Part shown: positions 55,365 to 64,000 of the stretch, in pieces
How the letters are laid out: every line of letters begins with the position of its first letter
Numbering within the stretch: position 1 is the stretch's first letter
DNA from: Octopus sinensis
Lineage: Eukaryota
Length of the DNA: 64,000 nucleotides
Direction: 5' to 3'
Assembly: GCF_006345805.1 (NCBI RefSeq)
Contig: NC_042999.1
Location: 32,488,001-32,552,000 of the forward strand
Notes under the pieces: model-generated
The model's database searches: none
Seen by the model: only the letters and a program-made list of their open reading frames with translations
Told to the model about the DNA's origin: nothing
Made by a program: the position numbers and the translations under genes

Positions 55365-58300
55365 TCACAAAGATCCCGTTCCTGAGAGACTTTGTTGCAT
55401 GCAATCAAGCCATATGCATAGCACTTACAGAAACGCACCTGAAACCGGACATAGCAGATGCGGAGTTACACATACCACAGTATGCTGTACTACGGACCGA
55501 CAGGAAAGAAAGGAGTCATGGAGGTGTTGCTATGTACATCCGTGAGGACCTCACACCCCAGGTCCTCTTGTCATACTCAAACTCGGTGTGTGACACACTA
55601 ATTGTACATATTAAGCAACTTGATGTAGTTGTGTGTGCTACATATCGCCCTCCAGATGCCCCAAGCCATGTGGGCAAGTTTGAAGACTGCCTTATAAAAA
55701 TAGAAGAAATTCTAACCACATTAGAACAACACATAGGTGTGCTTCTTATGGGAGACTTCAATCTGCCCAATGTCAGATGGCCCGAGGGCCTTTCTCTCCC
55801 AGGAATGACAAGATGTGAACGAGGACAGGCGAGGTCCCTCCTGAACCTCATCAACACCCTGTACATGGAGCAGGTAATACTCCAACCAACCAGGGCAGGT
55901 AACACACTGGATCTCTGCTTCACAAATGACATGGATCTCATCCATAATGTGAAAGTGACACCGACACTACTCTCGGATCACAACATGATAGAGCTGACCA
56001 TGTACGGGCCAAAAGAGAACACGGACATGCAGCCTACAGGAAACCCTCAAAATCTTTCCAGCTTGAACTACCATAAGGCAAACTGGAAACAAATTGAGAA
56101 AGAGATCCTCAAACAAAACTGGCCTAAATGTCTCTCCTCGCCAGACATCGACGTGAAACTTCAACAATTCATGTCTGTAATGCAAGCCATATGCTACAAT
56201 GTGTCCCAGAGAGAAAGGCCACTGTACACAAGAACAAAATCCCCAGAGAGAGGAAAATTTTAATGAGACGGCGTACGAAATTTTCAAATCGCCTAAACAA
56301 ACAGATTGAAAGCAGTGAAAAGTCCCGCCTAAAAATAAAACTGTTGGAAATCGAAAAATGTCTGCAACTCTCCCATGAAAAAGAAAGAGCAGACAAAGAA
56401 GCCTGGGCTATAGAAAACATAAAATCTAACCCCAGAGCTTTCTACAGGTATGCCAAAGAAATAGCTACAGTGCACTGTAGAATAGGGTCACTCCTCGAAA
56501 AGGATGGCACACTTACAGGAAAACCAATGAGGGTAAGTGAAATACTGAATGAGCAATTCAAGAGTGTTTTCACTCCACCCCTTGGGCATCTCCAAATCAC
56601 CAATCCAACTGACTTTTTTACCACTGCAGATATAAAATCAGAGGCGGCGACGATAGATTACATCGATATAAAGGAAGACGATGTAACCAAGGCTATAGAT
56701 GAAATGAAAACAGACTCAGCTACTGGCCCCGATGGATTCCCGGCAATCCTCCTAAAAGCATGTAAGAGAGTCCTAGCAAGACCACTGCAGTTCCTCTTCC
56801 AGAGCTTCCTTGCAGCTGGCAAACTTCCAGGAAAACTGAAGGAAGGTAAAATATGCCCCATTCATAAAGGAGGTAGCAGAGCGGAAGCCAAGAACTATAG
56901 ACCTATCTCTCTGACCTCACACATCAGCAAGGTCATGGAACGAATAGTCAGAAGGAAGCTGATCACCTTCCTTGAAGAGAATGACTTGCTGCCCGACACC
57001 CAACATGGTTTCCGACCAGGGAGAAGCTGTTTAACTCAGCTCCTACAACACTATGACTGGGTGCTGAAACGGCTGCTCAACCACTCAAATGTGGAAGTCA
57101 TATATCTCGACTTTGCAAAGGCCTTTGATAAAGTCGATCATGGAATGATATGTCACAAACTGCGTGATCTCAACATAGTTGGAAAACTGGGAGAATGGCT
57201 TCATGACTTTCTGAAGGATAGAAGTCAGGTGGTAGTAGCCAATGGGGCCACCTCCATTAACACACAAATAGTGAGCGGTGTTCCGCAGGGCACTGTTCTG
57301 GGACCACTACTGTTCATAATGGCCCTCTCAGACATGCCCTCAGCCACGCAGAGAGCCACGATCACAAGTTATGCAGACGATACAAAAGTTTCACAGGCAA
57401 TACAGAACCCTGAGGACACTAAACACCTGCAATGTGAGCTGGACGAAATATACAAGTGGGCTATAAACAATAGCATGCAGTTCAATGCTGGAAAGTTTCA
57501 AGCTTTATACTATCAGCATGCAAAACTGAATGCAATACCCAATGAATACACTGGACCCGGAGGGATTGCAATCCCAGAGGCACAATCAGTGCGTGACCTG
57601 GGTATTCACATGAGTGATGACGCGACCTTTCATGTACATGTTGCTAAACTGACAATGAAATGTAGACGGCTGGCTGGCTGGATTCTTAGAACCTTTAGAA
57701 CAAGAGAACAAAAAACCATGATGGTCCTCTGGAAGACACTTGTCCTAAGCCACTTTGACTATTGCTCTCAGCTATGGTCACCATCCAGTGTCAAGTTGAT
57801 CACAGAACTTGAGGCGATCCAACGAAGCTACACAAAGAAGATAGCCTCTATGCAGAATGTAAGCTACTGGGAAAGACTCAAGAGATTAAAATTATATTCC
57901 CTGGAGCGTAGGCGGAAAGATATGCCATAATATACATCTGGAAGATCCTGGAGGGAAGTGTCCTGAACTTTGGCATCGAGAGTTACGCAAATGCCAGAAC
58001 TGGGCGCCACTGCGTGGTGCCTAGGACTCCAAACCTGCCATCAAGATGTAGGACAAGATTCTGTGATAGCCTGGGCTTCCGAGGCCCACAGCTCTTCAAT
58101 ATCCTCCCGAAGAACCTGAGAGACCTGCATGGGGTGGATACAGATGTCTTTAAAATGAAGCTGGATCTATTCCTGTCAGGTATCCCAGATGAACCAACTT
58201 CACGGCAGGAGGTGCAGATGAGGGCAGCTGCATCGAACTCTCTCATGCACCAAATAGCAGTTGCTAGAAAGCCTCCATGAAGTGAAACCAAGTAGCAACA

Positions 58301-58368
58301 CCAAATGGCGGTGCCCCAGCATGGCCACAGCTCATAAGCTGAAACTAGAATCAATCAATCAATCAATC
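55365..58368 (+). mobile_element. Young 5'-truncated CR1/Jockey-group LINE ending in (AATC)n
   Basis: Abrupt GC rise at ~55365, EN+RT ORF2, short 3' UTR with a stem-loop, and (aatc)5 at 58349-58368. No ORF1. Confidence 0.95.
55367..58280 (+). pseudogene. LINE ORF2 (APE endonuclease + reverse transcriptase) with two 1-nt frameshifts (~56199, ~57915)
   Basis: EN motifs LTETHL, GGVAMY, YRPP, GDFN, LDL, SDH. RT motifs NYRPISLTS, QHGFR, LDFAKAFD, GVPQGTVLGP, YADD. The frame resumes as CVPERK and as RYAIIYIWKIL through to the stop at 58280. Confidence 0.95.
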
Positions 58369-58839
58369 ATATATATTCATGGCAAATCAGTTGAACAGAC
58401 CGATTGCAATAGGCACAGCATAAAATAGATTTTCGAAGGATTATATATATGTATGTTTCTTTTCTTTCTGTTTGTTGGTTTTTTTTGTTTTGTTTTGTGT
58501 TTTTTTTCTTTTTTGTAATACGTTTCAATATGTTTAAGAAAAGAACATATCGTACTGAAAGTAGCTCATATATATGGTCAATTTCATACGTAGTTTATAT
58601 GCTAAAGAGAAGATCATCATTCGCGGGATCAAAATATTCTGTGAAAATCTTGAATTATCAGATTTATTCACGGTTTTCCCTACTTCTAAACCTTCTTTTA
58701 ATGTCACAATATCTCTCTGCACTATCACAATTATTTACCAATTTTTAGATTTTGTATAGAAACATGATACGAAGTGAACACTATTTAGAAGGTAATACAC
58801 AAAATATGCTACATACTCATACAACTCATACAACTCTTT

Positions 58840-59115
58840 CTCTCCCGTCGAAGACGACGTATGAGTGTTCGGCTTTTGCCGAACGACCTGCACAAATGAC
58901 TTTCTTATTGTGATGAAATGTTTGTTCCGAACATTAGCTCATTCTCTCCATTAAATCGAAATTGTCTGAACAGCTGTACTGTGTACCACGTGTAATGTGT
59001 CGCAAGGATCACGAAGCAGCTTGAGGTGAATTATTTTACTCAAAAACACAACGCACCGCGAAAACACGATCTCTAGATCGTGAGTGCCATACCCTAACCA
59101 CTAAGCCATGCGCTC
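58840..59115 (-). mobile_element. Decayed tRNA-derived SINE (family C-like head)
   Basis: Minus: gcgcatggcttagtggttaggg...gcgttgtgtttttgagta. Confidence 0.65.
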
Positions 59116-59148
59116 TAATTCTGTGTGTGTGTGTGTGTGCATATATAC

Positions 59149-59380
59149 TTATTTCTTTACTACCCACAATGGGCTAAACACAGAGAGGACAGACAAGGAC
59201 AGACAAACGGATTAAGTCGATTATATCGACCCCAGTGCGTAACTGGTACTTATTTAATCGACCCCTAAAGGATGAAAGGCAAAGTCGACCTCGGCGGAAT
59301 TTGAACTCAGAACCTAGCGGCAGACGAAATACCGCTAAGCATTTCGCCCGGCGTGCTAACGCTTCTGCCAGCTCGTCGCC
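59149..59380 (-). mobile_element. SINE family A, full length, tail type 2
   Basis: Best-preserved copy, with A/B boxes and a central ggtcgactttgcctttcatcc motif. Confidence 0.92.
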
Positions 59381-59438
59381 TATATACTAAAACACACATT
59401 CATACATACAGACATACACATATATATAAAAAATATGA

Positions 59439-60500
59439 TAGCCGAAAAGGCTTTTCTCTGATTGTTTTGTATTCTGTATACGTAGTCTACTTACTAACTG
59501 TGCAGCCGGAAGACATTTTCTATTGTTCATTACCATTTCTTGTCTGTTACAACTTGTCATTATTTCTTATTGTACACCCAATATTATTTTGTCCTATACT
59601 CACATTCGTCAGCTTTTTATTGTAGCTCTATCCTCTGGGACCCCCGTTAGATAACAGTTGCCTTGGATTAAATAACATGAAACCACTATGACGTCACGGA
59701 TACCAGTCGGTGAGAAAGTCAGCTGCGAAAGTTCTTTGTATTGTGTTTTTGTCTCCCTATTCTGTCCGTTATATTTTCTCCTAGTTTTCATCTATTTTTT
59801 TCTTGCTCTTATGAAATTCATTGCAGCGCAACGTACACCCGCTTGTTTACTGAAATGTAAAATGTCCCTGAATTAGTGCGAATTTTGACTCTTTGTTCTT
59901 TCTCTATTTTTCCAACCCTCCTTAATTGACTTTCTTTGAAACTGTTCTCCCTCCTTCCCTCTCTCTCTTACTCATCTACCACTTTCTTTCCCTCTTTCGT
60001 CCCTTAATCCTACCACCACACTTCCTGTATCCTACCAAGTGACCGGTGTCCAGTCAAAGCGGGTCGTTCTTTAACGGCCAGCTGCTGACTCAGCCAGAAA
60101 CGATTGTGTTCCGTCCGACAAGGACTTTTACCATTTTTTGCGCTACTTCACTACGTCTCCCTTCGTAGCTAAAATTTTTTTCTGTTTGTATTGTATTGTT
60201 TTATTATTGTATACGTATAATTATGCCCTCTGCTTATTGTACAGTCGTAGAGCATTTTCTATTGTATATGTACCATTTCTTATTGTAAATGCAATGTTAA
60301 TTTGCTCTGTCCTCACATTCGTCAGCTCATTCCTGTGTCTGTGCTCTGGCATAACCATAACCTTAGCTTAAATAGCGTGAAAACACTATGACGTCTCGGA
60401 TACCAACTGAGGAGAAAATTAGCTGGAAAAGTTCCTTGTATCACTTTTTTGTCTCCCTTTTCTGTCTGCTGTGTTTTCGCCTGGTTTTCGTCTATTTTCC
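59439..60500 (+). repeat. Pair of diverged ~340-360-bp direct repeats flanking a unique core
   Basis: Shared blocks ctcacattcgtcagct (59599/60312), cactatgacgtc.cggatacca (59684/60384) and ttttgtctccct; offset ~700-713. Confidence 0.85.
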
Positions 60501-60530
60501 CTTTTCTGTCTCACATTTGAAATATATATA

Positions 60531-61082
60531 CAGGGGTTGGACAAAATAATGGAAACACCTAGCATCCTAGCATAATAATTTTGAAATATCTATAAAATCG
60601 TCGAAGGCATGTTTATTTTCATGTTTTTTTTATTATTTATGTTGCTTAATATTATTTGCTAACACTGCTGTTTCTTTTCAGATATCATCAGAGAAAGGTA
60701 GTTAAAATTCCTTAAAATAACAGATTTATTGGACCTTCAAATAGGTGCTCGTATGGCAGGCGCTAGCGTGACGACAACAGCCGAAATGTTTGATGTATCA
60801 AGAAGTATTGACTCAAAAGTAATGACAGGCTTTAAGACAGAGATGAAAACCCCTCGTTGAAACAAATCTTCAGAAGAAAACCAAAGCATTCAGATAGGGA
60901 CCGTCGGACTCTTACGCGAATTGTTAGAGGGGATCACAAAAGTACAGCTCCCAAAATTGCTGCAGAGCTTAATAACCACCTCGAGAAACCAGTTTCCACA
61001 AAAACTGTACACTGGGAGCTGCATGAAGCCGGATTTCACGGGAGGGCTGAAAAAAGAAAGTCACTTCTTTCAAAAACAAAGT
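60531..61082 (+). mobile_element. Tc1-like transposon 5' half
   Basis: TA-caggggttggacaaaataatggaaacac TIR; RKPKHSDRDRRTLTRIVRGDHKSTAPKIAAELNNHLEKPVSTKTV. Same family as 35653-36370. Confidence 0.9.
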
Positions 61083-61352
61083 TAGGGCATAAGCAACTTA
61101 TAATGAACCCATTTTGGAAATTTGATACATTAGTGCATCACTGAGAGAAAGGAACCAGGAGAGGCCAAACCGCGATGTTAGTGTTTGTTACTTTTTTGTT
61201 GATCAACGAGTCTCGAAATCACTGTGTAGTGGGGTGGGGTCATAGCTAGTCCTACAATTTTGGAAGTGTTGGCTGGATATCTGTTACATGATGTCGCTCT
61301 ATTGTGTGCATATTCGGCCATAGCAATTTCAAATTTTATAAAAATTGTAAAT

Positions 61353-61415
61353 ATTATACTGAAGAGACAAGTATGTAAAACTTACATTACTTTTTTCTCG
61401 AAACGCGTATATAAT
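61353..61415 (+). ncRNA. Type I minimal hammerhead ribozyme
   Basis: AUUAUA CUGAAGA G..aaguauguaa-aac-uuacauuacuu..C GAAA CGCG UA UAUAAU. 6-bp stem I, G-C closed stem II, palindromic CGCG, predicted cleavage after 61409. Confidence 0.8.
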
Positions 61416-61697
61416 TAATCCTGGTCGTGTTGATTCATTGTTTTTCTCTTTGCCTTCGTAAAAAATGTATGTTTACCGTCATGGAGATTCTTATAGTAGT
61501 AGAAAAGGAATTTTAAACTCCTTTTTCTCATTTCGGTATGTAGAGAAGCAGTTAGCTGAAACCTACTCATAATTATGTGGATAATTTTACCTATAGAGGT
61601 TATTTTAACATACCGATCTACTTGGTAAAATTGTTAATTAATTAATTAATAAATTTTAACTTTCTATTATTAATTGAAAATCATATATATATATATA

Positions 61698-61806
61698 TTG
61701 GCCTGCTCGCTTAGCCAGCGGGGTGGCGTCATTCAAAGGCTAAAACAACGCAAACACATTTTGACCAGCGATGTGTAATATCTGATGGCCTGGTCGGTCA
61801 CGTGAT

Positions 61807-61813
<7 letters not shown>
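61698..61813 (+). mobile_element. Isolated 3' tail of SINE family B (or of its partner LINE) inserted in (TA)n
   Basis: Near-identical to 16517-16627 (ttggcctgctcgcttagccagcggggtggcgtcatt...ggtcggtcacgtga). Confidence 0.88.
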
Positions 61814-61867
<54 letters not shown>

Positions 61868-61891
61868 GTGTGTGGTGTGTATGTGTGTGTG

Positions 61892-62011
<120 letters not shown>

Positions 62012-62096
62012 TTATATACACAGACATAATGGAATGTTTACCGGCCGATACCTGTCGATTTTATATCCTCTTCACTTTCTTATTTGCTATATATAC

Positions 62097-62159
<63 letters not shown>

Positions 62160-62340
62160 TATAAATCATTCTTATATATTATTCAGACTGTGTTACACCA
62201 TCCTCCACTATCGCAAACAGTGTTGACAGGTGCAATTCTTTCACAACTGGTGAGAATCATTAGCTTCTTCTTGATAGCAATATATTATTTCAGTAAATTG
62301 TTCTGTATGTAAGTATGTAAATACCCACACACACACACAG

Positions 62341-62371
<31 letters not shown>

Positions 62372-63626
62372 CACACACCATATATATATATATATGTATA
62401 TATATTATCCATGATGAATAGTTTCCATGATAGATTTGATTTCGAGAAGATAGTAAACTTTAAATCGCAATGTGCACATAACCTTGCAATTCCTATGTAA
62501 ATCACACATGACTTTCTCAAAATTGCAGAATTTGAAGAATGCAGTAAATTTAATGAATATTCCATAAGTGCTATTCCGTCGAAATGGAGATTTTATCAAA
62601 TCTTATTCATTTGTCACCATGGATTAAATTACGTATGACTTTGTTTAATAGGGAGTGGATGTTTATATCTCATAAATTACCATAAGTTTTACCCCTGCAA
62701 GCTCGAATTCAGTTAGTGCCCAAGAGTAACTTACCTATTTGTTATAAGAACACAATGTGGCGAGTGGGAAAATAATTTCAAATAATATTTAGGGAACTGA
62801 AAAAATTAACCTGTGGTGCAAGATGCATCAACAATTAGTGATGTAAAAAGTTGTACCTAGAACCAATCCTAAATTCTTGCATACATCCTGAATTGATCCC
62901 ATGGATTGTCTCAAGATCAATATGCACCCCACATGAACACAATTTTCCTCATAGAAACCTACAAAAGACTAACTACACCAATCGTAGATTTCCCTGTCTA
63001 CGAAAGAGATCTTCTTGAATTCTACTTTTGCCCTATATGTACATATTCAGAGCAGATCCATCCATGTAAACCTTGCTCGATACTCATATTTTCCTTTCTA
63101 TATGGGTAATACAAAACATCTTCATTTTATATTTGTATTTATCATTCATGTGTTGTGCTATCAAAATTAAGACTTAGACCAAATATGATCACCACACCGC
63201 AAGCTTTCAATTGATTTGAAATGGTTATATTTACACCTAATTCGTATGACATATAATTTGTCTTAACATATTCATTTTTTTCTGAGTAGTTTCTTGTGTT
63301 TGAAGTCAAAATATACAAATATGATAGCAGGATAACGCGAATAAAATTTCTTTTGATATGCTTTAGATTTAGTAACTACTAAATTCAGCTTGTAGCTTCA
63401 TCGGAGACGCAAACATAAAATGTAATTTATTTAGAAAAACAATTCCATGTATGTAAACACAGAAAAGCATAGCAAATGAGAATGCATACAGGCATGTGAG
63501 GGATGAAATTCAAGCTAATATTATGATCAGATTCATTTTAAAGTGTGTATAAATATAAGCATGCTAAAATGTAGAGAAACAGTGAAAAGAACTGGAAATT
63601 TATATGTGTATAAATGTATATGTATG

Positions 63627-63672
<46 letters not shown>

Positions 63673-64000
63673 ATATATATATATATATATATTATATATG
63701 TGTGTGTGTGTGTGTATAAATTTATATGTATATATATATATAATATATATATATATTATATATATATATATATATACAAGTCCATATTTTAAATGTCTTA
63801 CTTTGGAAAATTGCATTCGGTGGGATTTAAAATTTTTGGTAGAAATGACTAATTTTGTCCCTCTTAGCGTGTGGCATGTATGTATAATAATGCCCTCTAT
63901 ATATAAATTAATATGTTCAATAAGAAAGAATTATTTTCGAAATGTTTTCTTTTATGAGGTTTTTCACGCTATCTACCCGATAATTTCTTGTTAAGTTTTC

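Overview
AT-rich, microsatellite-saturated animal DNA, intergenic or intronic. The SINE families and repeat landscape look cephalopod (Octopus-like); this is an inference, not proven. I found no host protein-coding exon, and almost all listed ORFs are translations of (TA)n/(CA)n/(GATA)n/trinucleotide tracts. The window is a transposon patchwork. It holds a young 5'-truncated CR1/Jockey-group LINE (55365-58368, EN+RT, only two 1-nt frameshifts) and an old relative (about 11600-13690). It also has about 17 tRNA-derived SINE copies with swapped tails, two non-autonomous Helitrons, Tc1 and mariner fragments, MITE-like fold-backs and several Penelope-like (PLE) relics. The main unannotated signal is a set of minimal type I hammerhead ribozymes (CUGANGA...GAAA-palindrome-UA), read by eye at 236-321(-), 521-612(+), 11113-11164(-), 26906-26984(-) and 61353-61415(+), plus decayed copies. 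Two of them sit in opposite polarity on the arms of a single ~420-bp fold-back (about 210-635), a viroid-like rod architecture. A decayed retrozyme-like direct-repeat unit lies at about 59440-60500.
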